From assembly GCA_943788915.1 (NCBI GenBank), contig CALSSD010000002.1:135812-199811 (forward strand): a stretch of 64,000 nt of DNA. The letters run 5' to 3'. The notes beneath the pieces were generated by a model. It was not told the origin of the DNA. It made no database searches and saw only the letters and a list, made by a program, of their open reading frames with translations. Positions within the stretch are counted from its first letter, which is position 1, and the number at the start of each line of letters is the position of its first letter. Below are positions 48,811 through 58,331 of the stretch, piece after piece. Origin of the DNA: an uncultured Acidimicrobiales bacterium (GTDB lineage Bacteria; Actinomycetota; Acidimicrobiia; Acidimicrobiales; UBA10347). The position numbers were made by a program, and so were the translations under genes.

Positions 48811-49182
48811 CTACAGCACGGGCGTGGCGTCGAGCGTCATCGCCCGGATCGCCAGGCCCATAATGAACAGGCTGCCGCCGCCGTACAGAAGGTGGCGGAT
48901 GTGGCTGAGCTGGGTGCGATACCCATACAGGATCGCTACACCGATCAAGGTCAGGAACCCATAGAAGGTGTGAAACTCCGGCGCTTCACCTTCGAGTTGT
49001 TGCAGTCGAGCAACGCCAAGAGCCACCTGAACAAAAAGCAAGACCTGAGCGATCGCCACAAACGCCCACAATGCTCGATGGCGCAACGATTCCACGAAGT
49101 GGGCAGCCAATGCCCACACACCCGCAACCCCATTGGCGATCACGACGACCCAGGCCATCACGGTATGCGCATCAGCGATCAT
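48811..49182 (-). CDS. Hypothetical 4-TM membrane protein
   Basis: Four hydrophobic helices, FHTFYGF motif; downstream of the PIG-L gene. Confidence 0.75.
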   Translation of the reverse strand: MIADAHTVMAWVVVIANGVAGVWALAAHFVESLRHRALWAFVAIAQVLLFVQVALGVARLQQLEGEAPEFHTFYGFLTLIGVAILYGYRTQLSHIRHLLYGGGSLFIMGLAIRAMTLDATPVL

Positions 49183-49199
49183 GGTGTGTTCGGCCTGAC

Positions 49200-50000
49200 T
49201 CAATCGAACAGCGACGTAGCGAGCTCGCCGTGGCGGCGACTGCTCTGTTGATAACGCGCGGCGTCGACCAACCATTCGGTGCCGAAGGCCATGGCGAACA
49301 AATCGTCGGGCATCGCCAGAAAGAAACTCTCGTCGTTGATCTGGCTTGCATGCGCCATGAGTGACCCCCGTTTCCGGTCGAGTGCCGCCGATACATCGAT
49401 GGCATGGGTGAGCTCCTCTTCGGGCATCCCGAACTCGCTGCGATCAACACGGTCGTCTTCGTCGAGTCCTTCTTCGTCAAAGGCGCCAGCTTCCATCGCC
49501 TGCAGGATCATCGTGCGATTCGCTGTGGCCCACAGGACCCGATCAACGCCGGCGATTTCGGCTGCCCGGGCCCCAACCAGATGCACCTTGAGATGGTCGG
49601 GGTGGCCATACACACCGTGCGGGTCGTAACCGATCAAGATGTCGGCCTCGTCGCGCTGCAAGATCTCGGCAAGCCGCTGTGACGCTTCTTCGAGATCGGC
49701 TTGCCAGAAACATGTCGGGTCGTCGTTCGACGGCTCGTCGACCATGCCGGAATCCCGATAACCCAGAAACTCGACCGTGTCCACGCCAAGAATTTCCGCC
49801 GACCTGCGTAGCTCAGCCTCGCGACGGTCGCCAAGGAGTTCACCAGTGTTCAGCACGCCCTCGACCGGCTCACCCATCTCGCCACGAGTGGCGACGACAA
49901 GGGTGACGTGATGGCCTTGGTCCGAAGCCAGCGCCATGGTGCCGCCGGTCGAAATCGCTTCGTCGTCAGGGTGGGCGTGAAAGAAGACCAGGTTGGCCAT
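49200..50000 (-). CDS. PIG-L family deacetylase (MshB/Mca-like)
   Basis: HAHPDDE, TRGEMG, YRDSGM, YGHPDH, AHASQ. Confidence 0.9.
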   Translation of the reverse strand: MANLVFFHAHPDDEAISTGGTMALASDQGHHVTLVVATRGEMGEPVEGVLNTGELLGDRREAELRRSAEILGVDTVEFLGYRDSGMVDEPSNDDPTCFWQADLEEASQRLAEILQRDEADILIGYDPHGVYGHPDHLKVHLVGARAAEIAGVDRVLWATANRTMILQAMEAGAFDEEGLDEDDRVDRSEFGMPEEELTHAIDVSAALDRKRGSLMAHASQINDESFFLAMPDDLFAMAFGTEWLVDAARYQQSSRRHGELATSLFD

Positions 50001-50043
50001 CAGGTGCAGACTCCAGGTTGTGGTGTCTGCACGCTACCGGCCA

Positions 50044-51189
50044 TCAGGCGATAGCACCGGCGTCTCGAAGCGAGCTGAGTTCGTCGGCCGAGAAGCCGAA
50101 CGCCGCAAGCGTGTCGTCGGTGTTCTGGCCGGGGAACGGTGGCGGGGCTGGCACCGCTGTTGGTGTGCCGCTGAAACGAGGAGCAGGCGCTGGCTGGGTG
50201 ATCCCTTCGATGTCGATGAAGGTGGAGCGCTCGGTGTTGTGCGGATGATGCGGCGCTTCGCTCCAGTTGAGGACTGGCGCATAACAGATGTCGGTGTGCT
50301 CCATGATCTCGGACCATTCGTCACGCGTCTTGGTCTTGAAGATCGAGGCAACCTTGACCTTGAGCGCCGGCCATTGTTCGCGGTCATGCTGGCGCGGTAG
50401 ATCAGCTCGGATCGAGTCCGAGCTTGTCGAGCAGGATCGAATAGAACTGCGGCTCGATCGAACCGATCGATACGTATTCGCCGTCGGAACACTCGTAGAC
50501 GTCGTAGAAGTGTGAGCCGGTGTCGAGCATGTTCGAGCCACGTTCTTCGAGCCACATACCGGTTGCGGTCATCGACGAGAACATGGCATGCAGCACCGCA
50601 GCGCCATCGACCATGGCTGCATCGACGACTTGGCCTTGCCCGCGTGCTCCGTGCGCTTACGAGTGCGGCGCAACACCGAACGCTAGGAACATGCCGCCAC
50701 CGCCGAAGTCGCCAACCAGGTTCAATGGCGGTACTGGGCCTTCGCCCTTGCGGCCGAATCATGGATAACACACCAGACAGCGCGATGTAGTTGATGTCGT
50801 GGCCAGCAGCCAGCGCATAGGGCCCGTCTTGGCCCCAACCCGGTCATCCGGCCGTACACGAGCGCAGGGTTCCTTGCCAGACACACGTCGGGGCCGAGGC
50901 CCATACGTTCGGTCACACCTGGCCGAAAGCCCTCGATGAGTACATCGCAGCCCTCGATGAGCCGCAGGACCGTCTCAACCCCAGCGGGATTCTTCAGGTC
51001 AACGCCAATAGAACTTTTGCCCCGACTCGATACGTCTGGAGGGCTTCCCTCAGGCATTTCGTCCGGAACATTCGATGCCCGCTCGACCCGGATGACCTCG
51101 GCACCCATGTCAGCAAGCATCATTCCGCAGAATGGGCCAGGCCCGATTCCTGCCAGCTCAACTACTTTGACGCCCGTGAGCGGTCCCAT
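50044..51189 (-). CDS. CaiB/BaiF CoA-transferase (alpha-methylacyl-CoA racemase-like), several frameshifts
   Basis: [54 protein letters not shown] in different frames; breaks near 50840, 50758, 50640-50675 and 50410. Confidence 0.88.
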
Positions 51190-51273
51190 GGTTTACTCCC
51201 CTAATCGACTGCGATCAGAGCGTAGTGCGTTGCTCTCTGGAGCTACCAAGCGTGCGCCCGACGAAGCCAAGGT

Positions 51274-52164
51274 TCAGCTTGTGTGCACACCAAATAATTC
51301 GCTCATTGCGTGCACGATACGAGGAGCGAACGCGGGCGTTATGTCATGGCCCATTCCCTCGATGAGCAGCAAGTCGGCACCGGGAATCACTTCCGCGGTT
51401 CGCTCACCGCCGGTCCGCGAGATCAGCGTGTCCGCTGTGCCGTGCACGACCAACGCCGGAATACCCAACACAGCGAGTGCTTCGTCTCGAGGTGTGCTGG
51501 CAACAATCGCGCAGAAGTGTCGACCCGCATTCAACGTTTGTGGTCCGCCGACGCGATCCCACGCCCGTTGGAACAGGCTCTCCATGTAAGCAGCGTCGTA
51601 ATGGTCCGGGCTTGCCCACACCTTGGCGCTTCTCATGTTGTGGGAGATGATGTCCTGTCGCTCGGTACCAGGAGCCGAGGACAGGATTGCTTCCATCGCC
51701 TCAGGGGTCGGGTAGCCGACGTCGGCGGCACCGGTGGTGCTCATGATCGACGTCAACGAACGCACCTTGAGTGGGTGACGAATCGCTGTGGCCTGTGCGA
51801 TCATCCCGCCCATGGACACCCCTGCGATGTGCGCCGACTCGATACCGAGTGCATCGAGGAGCCCAGCAGCGTCGTCGGCCATATCGTCGAGTGTGTACGC
51901 GATGTTGGGCCGATCGCCGCGGGCGAGAGCGTCGAGGACTGCTTGGGGATCATGCTCGCCACCTTCAAATGTGGTGGACAAGCCAATGTCACGATTGTCG
52001 TACCGAATGACGAATAACCCACGCTCGACGAGCGGGTCTACAAAGTGAGCCGCCCAGTCGATCAGCTGCACACCCAGCCCAGCAATCAACAACAGTGGCG
52101 GATCGTTGGGGTCTCCGGCCGTCTCGTAGGACAGGTCAAGATCATTAACAGCGATGTGTGGCAC
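51274..52164 (-). CDS. Alpha/beta hydrolase
   Basis: YDNRDIGLS, GVSMGG, HGTAD, GMGHD; TACAGT-N6-GTG. Confidence 0.9.
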   Translation of the reverse strand: MPHIAVNDLDLSYETAGDPNDPPLLLIAGLGVQLIDWAAHFVDPLVERGLFVIRYDNRDIGLSTTFEGGEHDPQAVLDALARGDRPNIAYTLDDMADDAAGLLDALGIESAHIAGVSMGGMIAQATAIRHPLKVRSLTSIMSTTGAADVGYPTPEAMEAILSSAPGTERQDIISHNMRSAKVWASPDHYDAAYMESLFQRAWDRVGGPQTLNAGRHFCAIVASTPRDEALAVLGIPALVVHGTADTLISRTGGERTAEVIPGADLLLIEGMGHDITPAFAPRIVHAMSELFGVHTS

Positions 52165-52285
52165 CGCGCGACTGTAATACCAGGCACGGTCGCGCAAAAT
52201 AGCAACGAGGACTATTTTCCGGGTGCCTTAGGACTCATACACACTGCATACAACGCCGTCCGGTCCTGCGTCCGTGTCGGGACAG

Positions 52286-52939
52286 TTACATGCGGTTGAG
52301 TAGCTCAGATTTCTTGGTCTGAAACTCTGCCTCGGTGATGACACCGCGTAGTCGGAGCTGGTCAAGTTGCTCGATCTGTTCGGGGATCGACAACGCTCGC
52401 TCGACCGTGCCAGCGACGGCGGCGCTGGCTGCCGCGTGCGCTTGCGCCATGGCCGTGAACTCTTGTGTTTTGTTGAGCTCCATCGCCCGGTAGATCTCTT
52501 GCTGGATGAGCTGCGGCTTGCGGACGTTGTCGAAGTTTTGCTGACCGCCTTCGCCCGCCGACTCGACGGTCAGGTCTCCGCTGCCGACTGCACGTTCGAA
52601 CAACGTCGTGTTGAAGAACACCGTGTTGATCCGCTCGAGCGGAATCTCGATGCCCTTCTTGGAGAACACTCCGCTGCGAAAGATCAGCCGGTCGGTGGTG
52701 ATCACGAAGTTGATACCGGACCAATTCACATATCGCCAGGCCAGGTTGAGCAGCGTCAGCAAGATGCCCACGCCTAGGACGTACACCAAGATGTCTGGCA
52801 TGCCGAAGGCAGCAGCCACGGCCGTGACCACGATTGCCGCCACCACCATTGCGGCCTGCGGCGTGATGAACCACCAGTGCGGCCGGACGTCGAGCAGCAC
52901 CTCTTCATTGTTGTTCAGCAGCTTCGGATCAAACCCCAC
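52286..52939 (-). CDS. Membrane protein with bacterial PH domain and C-terminal SHOCT
   Basis: RPHW, two TMs, ITTDRLIFRSGVF, EIPLERIN, GVITEAEFQTKKSELL. Confidence 0.85.
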   Translation of the reverse strand: MGFDPKLLNNNEEVLLDVRPHWWFITPQAAMVVAAIVVTAVAAAFGMPDILVYVLGVGILLTLLNLAWRYVNWSGINFVITTDRLIFRSGVFSKKGIEIPLERINTVFFNTTLFERAVGSGDLTVESAGEGGQQNFDNVRKPQLIQQEIYRAMELNKTQEFTAMAQAHAAASAAVAGTVERALSIPEQIEQLDQLRLRGVITEAEFQTKKSELLNRM

Positions 52940-53000
52940 ACGGCAAGCTTAGATCTCCCACCCGCCACAGGGGGCAACTCGCTGCAACGGCAGACAGCGA

Positions 53001-53150
53001 AGCGGTCCGGGACTATGGACTCGCGCACTCAGAAACAGGGTTTCGGCGAGGAACGAGCTGAAAGCCGGACTACCAGCGGTCCGGGACTATGGACTCGTGA
53101 GCTCGAAAACAGTATTGCGAGCCCCCAAGGCGAGCGAATACGAACTACCC
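53001..53150. repeat. Two tandem ~74-nt structured repeat units
   Basis: Identical 23-mer AGCGGTCCGGGACTATGGACTCG at 53001 and 53075, each followed by a variable hairpin with a CGAG/CGAG internal loop and G(A/G)ACTACC. Confidence 0.85.
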
Positions 53151-53495
53151 CTACCCCCAGCCCAGATCGTGGAGACGGTCGTCGTCGATGCCGAAGTGGT
53201 GGGCGACTTCGTGCACCACCGTGGTGATGACTTCGTGCACGACGTCGTCGTCGGTGTCACACATGGCACAGATCGCCAGTCGATAGATGAAGATCCGATC
53301 GGGCAACTCGCCAATGCCATAACTGTCACGTTCGGTGAGCGGGATGCCGTCGTACAGGCCCAGAATGTCGGGGGCTTCGCCGTGGTCCTCGATCAGGAAG
53401 ACGACGTTGTCGATGAGGGCGGCTAGGTCTTCGGGGATCAGATCAATGGCTTCGCTCACAAGCTGCTCGAAGCGGCGTTCCGGTATCTCGATCAC
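53151..53495 (-). CDS. Zincin_1 metallopeptidase family protein
   Basis: LGLYDGIPLTER, LPDRIFIYR, HEVAHHFG; RBS GGAGG. Confidence 0.9.
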   Translation of the reverse strand: MIEIPERRFEQLVSEAIDLIPEDLAALIDNVVFLIEDHGEAPDILGLYDGIPLTERDSYGIGELPDRIFIYRLAICAMCDTDDDVVHEVITTVVHEVAHHFGIDDDRLHDLGWG

Positions 53496-53566
53496 GGCCT
53501 CCGGGGTTGGTCTCCAGCGTTGGGGCACCGAGCTTGTCACACCAACTCGGTAGTGTCAGGGCCATC

Positions 53567-55574
53567 ATGTCCGATTCATCGCTGAACACCGACGCTCTCC
53601 TCGATGGCCTCGACCCGACCCAGTTCGCGGCAGTGTCCTCGGCCCATAACCCGCTCGCCATCCTCGCCGGCGCTGGCAGCGGTAAAACTCGCGTACTCAC
53701 CCGCCGAATCGCGCATCGAGTTGCCACCGGAGCGATCGATCCCCAGCGAACCTTGTCGGTCACATTCACTCGCAAGGCGGCCAGCGAGCTTCGCACTCGA
53801 CTCCGCGGTTTGGGGTTGCGCGACAACATCACGACCGGCACGTTCCACTCGCTGGCGTATGCCCAGCTGCGCGAGCGGTGGGCTGAGAAGGGCGTCCGCC
53901 CGCCCGACATGCTTGACCGCAAGTTTGCGATGATCGCCAAGTTGCTCGGCCGCAGGGCCAACACATCGATGATCCTGGACACGTTGCATGAACTCGAGTG
54001 GATCACCGCACGAAATCTCTCGCTCGAGCGGTACCCGCACGAAATCGACCGGCTTGATCGCAAACCTCCAATCGCTGTCAGCCGACATTATTCAGACGGC
54101 CAAACGTTATGCCGAAGAGAAACGCAACCAGCGAGTCATCGACTTCGACGACCTCTTGTCGTTGGCGATCCGCGACATCGAGGCAGATCCTGAATACGCA
54201 TCGGTCGTTCACTGGCGCCATCGCCATCTTTTTGTTGACGAGTTCCAGGACGTAAACCCACTGCAGTTTCGGCTCCTCAAGGCTTGGATTGGTCCTGAGC
54301 CAGACCTCTGTGTTGTCGGTGACCCCAACCAAGCGATCTATGCCTGGAACGGAGCTGATTCGTGGTATCTGCGCAAGTTCACCCAGCACTTCCCCAACGC
54401 CGGGGTCATCACGTTGGGTCACAACTACCGCTCAACACCCGAGATCATCGCTGCCGGACACTCGGTGCTTCCCAAACCAGACCGCGAAGCAGAACCGCCA
54501 CAAACCGATCGACCGACCGGCCCGGCGCCAACCATCACCATCTGTGACGACGACGCTGCCGAGGCCATCACCGTGGCCCGGGCGGTGCGCGACCACGCCG
54601 GACCCGGCATCTCGTGGTCACAGCAAGCAGTGCTTGTGCGCACGAACGCCCAAGTGGCACTCATCGCCAGTGCATTCGAGCGCGCCCGGATCCCCCACCG
54701 AGTTCGGGGCCGCTCCAACTTGATCGATCAGCCCGAGATCAAGGTGTTACTGCGCCTATTGCGCGAGTCCACAGGCGAGCTCATAAGCGTGATTCCCGAT
54801 ATTCGGGCCGCTGTCGATGAGACCGCAGTCGAGAACGAAGGCGCCGAGACCGCCGCCGAGGCTGAACGTCAGCGCAACCGCGAGGCACTGCTGCAACTTG
54901 CGATCGATCATGCGGCCTCGTTCCCCACTGCGAACGGTTACGACTTTGCCGGTTGGCTGAGAGCATCTGCGGCCCGGGAGGGCCTCGACGTCGGTGCAAA
55001 CGCTGTCGACATTTTGACCTTCCACGCGGCCAAAGGCCTCGAGTGGAACATTGTGCATCTGGCTGGCATCGAGTCGGGGTATGTGCCGATTGCCCAGGCG
55101 AACGGCCCGGCTGCGCTCAGCGAAGAACGTCGACTGTTACATGTTGGGTTAACCCGCGCCAGAGACGAGGTGCTGATCACCTGGGCAGCACGACGCACCT
55201 TCGGCGAGCGCACAAGCCGACGCCAGCGGTCGCCGTACCTCGACCACGTCGACGGCACTGACAAGGCACCGGTGCTGAAACTTGAAGAAGAGAGTGGCAA
55301 GGCACGCGGCAGGCGCCACCTCAACTCGATCCGGGCCGAATACGAAGACTCCGAACCTGACTCACCGCTCTACCTCGAGCTCAAGAAGTGGCGATCTGAC
55401 ACGGCACGCGAACAAGGTGTGCCCGCCTACATCGTGTTCAACAATCGCACCATGGCAGCGCTCGCCGCCGCCCATCCAACGACACACGATGAGCTACTCG
55501 AGGTAGCAGGCATCGGAGCGGCCAAGATCGAAAAGTACGGCGATGAGCTGCTCGCCTTGATGACTACCCGCTGA
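53567..55574 (+). CDS. uvrD2: UvrD2-type helicase with HRDC domain, frameshift near 54070
   Basis: AGAGSGKT, TFTRKAA, DEFQD, GDPNQAIY, NYRST, HAAKGLEW, EERRLLHV, HRDC VPAYIVF. Confidence 0.88.
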
Positions 55575-55604
55575 GTAGTACCCACTGAGCACTACCCGCT
55601 GTCC
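55563..55604. repeat. Imperfect 14-bp tandem repeat x3 spanning the uvrD2 stop
   Basis: ACTACCCGCTGAGT AGTACCCACTGAGC ACTACCCGCTGTCC. Confidence 0.65.
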
Positions 55605-55620
55605 CTCGACGCTGCGACCC

Positions 55621-57171
55621 TCAGGGCCGGTACGAGAATGACGACGGCCCAACCGGGATCGAGCGCTGGACCAAGTCGATCCATTCAGCCAGCAGCGGCC
55701 GAGTGTCGCGAGGGTCGATAATTTCCTCGATCTCGAAGAACTCTGCGGACCGGTGCGGTGACCGCACCCGGTTGAGCCGCTCACGAATGTCATCGAGCAG
55801 AGCGTCGGGGTCGTCGCTGTCTGCGAGATCTTGTTTGTAGGCGACCTCGATGCCGCCTTCGATCGGTAGTGAACCCCAGTCGCCCGACGGCCACGCATAT
55901 CGAAAGCTGGTGGCGCCGGGTTTGTTGTTTGCAGCCCCAGCTACACCAAACGCCTTGCGAACAACCACACAGGCGAACGGCGTGGTGAGTTGACCGAGTG
56001 CGGCCAGCGCCTGACTGCCATAACGAATCGTCGCGTTCTCTTCGCTTTCCTTTCCAATAAGAAAGCCAGGACAATCCTCGAGGTGAACGACCGGCAGATG
56101 GAAGGTCGACGCAAGATCGAGTAGCCGGATGAGTTTGCGACATCCATCGGAGGTCCAGGCGCCGCCATAGATGTAGCCGTCCTCGGCAAAAACTGCCACC
56201 GGGTAGCCGTCGATTCTGGCCAGTCCAGTGATGATCGAGCGACCCCACCCTTCGCCGATTTCGAAGAAGCTGTCTTTGTCGAACACCGCGTTGATGACCT
56301 TGCGCATTTTGTACACCCGGCGAGGCTCATGGGGCACGATCGAGATCAGCGACTCTTCCCGCCTGGCAGGGTCGTCGCCGGTCAAGACACGAGGAGCATG
56401 CTCGTCGACGTTGGTCGGCAAGTACGACAGGAACTGTCTGGCCCGGTCGAACGCTTCGGCTTCGGTGTCCACGGCGTCGTCGATGGCGCCATTCGATGTG
56501 TGGATGTCGGCGTGACCAAGCTCTTCTTTGGCATGACCTCCGAGTGATGCCTGCTCGACCAATGCCGGTCCGGCGATCATCATCTGCGCGCTGTCACGCA
56601 CGATGACCGAGTAGTGCGACGTTGCCACACGGGCTGCGCCGATCCCAGCAACCGAACCCAACGCCAGCGCCACCGATGGGGCGATCCCGAGATGGCCGAC
56701 GATCGTGTCCCAGCCGGCTACTTCTGGGATGTAGGTGCGGCCAGCAGTCTCGATGGTTTTTACCGAACCGCCGCCGCCCATGCCATCGACCAGCCGCACG
56801 TGAGGGAGCCGTAGCTCGGCCGCCATCTTCTCGGCGGTGCTGCGCTTGGCCGGGATGGTCGCATCGGCCGATCCACCACGCACGGTGAAGTCGTCGCCCG
56901 ACAAGATGACCGGGCGTTCATCGATACGTGCAACGCCGAACAAGAAGTTCGACGGTGTGAGGTGCACCAGGTTGCCGTCGTCGTCGTATTCGGCCACGCC
57001 AGCCGTCTTGCCGATCTCATGGAACGACTCGTCATCGGCCACCGCTGCAATACGTTCGCGAATCGTCATCTTCCCGAAGTGGTGCTGACGTTCGACCTTG
57101 TCGGGACCGCCCAGCTCCTCGGCAAATGCTTCGCGTCGACGTAGTTCTTCGAGTTCAGGTTCCCATGTCAC
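55621..57171 (-). CDS. Acyl-CoA carboxylase carboxyltransferase (beta) subunit
   Basis: GKMTIRERI, DDFTVRGGS, EELG, DCPGF, IIDPRDTR. Confidence 0.92.
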   Translation of the reverse strand: MTWEPELEELRRREAFAEELGGPDKVERQHHFGKMTIRERIAAVADDESFHEIGKTAGVAEYDDDGNLVHLTPSNFLFGVARIDERPVILSGDDFTVRGGSADATIPAKRSTAEKMAAELRLPHVRLVDGMGGGGSVKTIETAGRTYIPEVAGWDTIVGHLGIAPSVALALGSVAGIGAARVATSHYSVIVRDSAQMMIAGPALVEQASLGGHAKEELGHADIHTSNGAIDDAVDTEAEAFDRARQFLSYLPTNVDEHAPRVLTGDDPARREESLISIVPHEPRRVYKMRKVINAVFDKDSFFEIGEGWGRSIITGLARIDGYPVAVFAEDGYIYGGAWTSDGCRKLIRLLDLASTFHLPVVHLEDCPGFLIGKESEENATIRYGSQALAALGQLTTPFACVVVRKAFGVAGAANNKPGATSFRYAWPSGDWGSLPIEGGIEVAYKQDLADSDDPDALLDDIRERLNRVRSPHRSAEFFEIEEIIDPRDTRPLLAEWIDLVQRSIPVGPSSFSYRP

Positions 57172-57273
57172 AGGTGTCTTGTTCCTTGGTTGTGTGGCAA
57201 CGGCGAGCCTAAGCGGACGGGTGATGGCCTAGCGAATCTGTAGCCCGGGCAGGCGGAGAACTAACCTGGCGTC

Positions 57274-57489
57274 ATGTCAACTCCAGTCAAGAGCCCAGTG
57301 GTCGGAACTGTTTGGAAGATCCAGGTTGCCGTTGGCGACACCGTGGCCGAAGGCGACGAGATCATGATCCTCGAATCCATGAAGATGGAGATTCCAATCG
57401 AGGCCGACGCTGCTGGTGTGGTCGCATCCCTGGCTGTCGCCGAGGGCGACACGATTGCTGACCGCCAGCTACTCGCAACTATCGACTAG
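57274..57489 (+). CDS. Stand-alone biotin carboxyl carrier protein
   Basis: LESMKMEIP biotinylation motif; TAACCT-N6-ATG. Confidence 0.92.
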   Translation: MSTPVKSPVVGTVWKIQVAVGDTVAEGDEIMILESMKMEIPIEADAAGVVASLAVAEGDTIADRQLLATID

Positions 57490-57499
57490 TCAGTCAGGG

Positions 57500-58279
57500 T
57501 CACGTCTTCCACCCTTCGCCCGGCTGCATCCGAAGTCCTGCATCGAGTCGAAGCACCGCGCCGTTGAGCATCGGGTTCTCGACGATGTGTTGTGCCAGAT
57601 GCGCATACTCGTCGGGCATACCCATACGTTCAGGAAATGGCGTGTCCGCTCCGACGCTGCTCCGGAACTCATCGGACATCGCTCCGACCATCGGCGTTTC
57701 AAACATGCCGGGTGCGATCGAGACGGCACGGATTCCGTGTTGGGCCAGATCGCGTGCCAGCGGCAGGGTCATCGCGGCCACAGCTCCCTTCGAAGCCGAA
57801 TAGGCAACACCGCCGTCGACACCATCGAATGCAGCGATAGATGCTGTCGTGATCAACACGCCCCGCTCCCCGTCGGGTCCCACAGGTTCAAGCTCACGCA
57901 GACGCCATGCGACCTCACGCAGTACGTGAAAAGTGCCGGTCACGTTGATGGCCATGACCTTTTCGAACGTGTCGAGGCGATGCGGGCCCCGTCGGCCAAT
58001 CATGCGCGACCCGTCGGCTACACCAGCACAACAGACAGCAATACGGGCTGGGCCGAAGGCGGCATGGACCGCCCCGACTGCGTGTTCGACCGACTCAGCG
58101 TCGGCCACGTTGCAATGTTCGTAGTGCACATCGAGTTCCGCCGCCAGCGACGCACCCGCGTCGTCGTTGACATCGAGGATCGCGACCTGTGCACCGTTCG
58201 CTTGGAACCGTCGGGCGGTGGCTTCACCCAGTCCACTGGCCCCGCCGGTAATGATGACTGTCTGCTTGTTCAGCTGCAT
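57500..58279 (-). CDS. SDR, 3-hydroxyacyl-CoA dehydrogenase type 2-like
   Basis: TGGASGLG, GERGV, YSASKG, MTLPLARDLA, NPMLNG. Confidence 0.92.
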   Translation of the reverse strand: MQLNKQTVIITGGASGLGEATARRFQANGAQVAILDVNDDAGASLAAELDVHYEHCNVADAESVEHAVGAVHAAFGPARIAVCCAGVADGSRMIGRRGPHRLDTFEKVMAINVTGTFHVLREVAWRLRELEPVGPDGERGVLITTASIAAFDGVDGGVAYSASKGAVAAMTLPLARDLAQHGIRAVSIAPGMFETPMVGAMSDEFRSSVGADTPFPERMGMPDEYAHLAQHIVENPMLNGAVLRLDAGLRMQPGEGWKT

Positions 58280-58331
58280 CAGCCCAGTCTGGTCTACGCC
58301 ACTCGCCTGACCCAGACGAGGCCAACGAGTG

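Noticed and set aside
53001-53097. Mini-CRISPR array (23-bp direct repeats with a 51-nt spacer)
   Set aside because: Only two repeats, the spacers are homologous and structured, and there are no cas genes or AT-rich leader.
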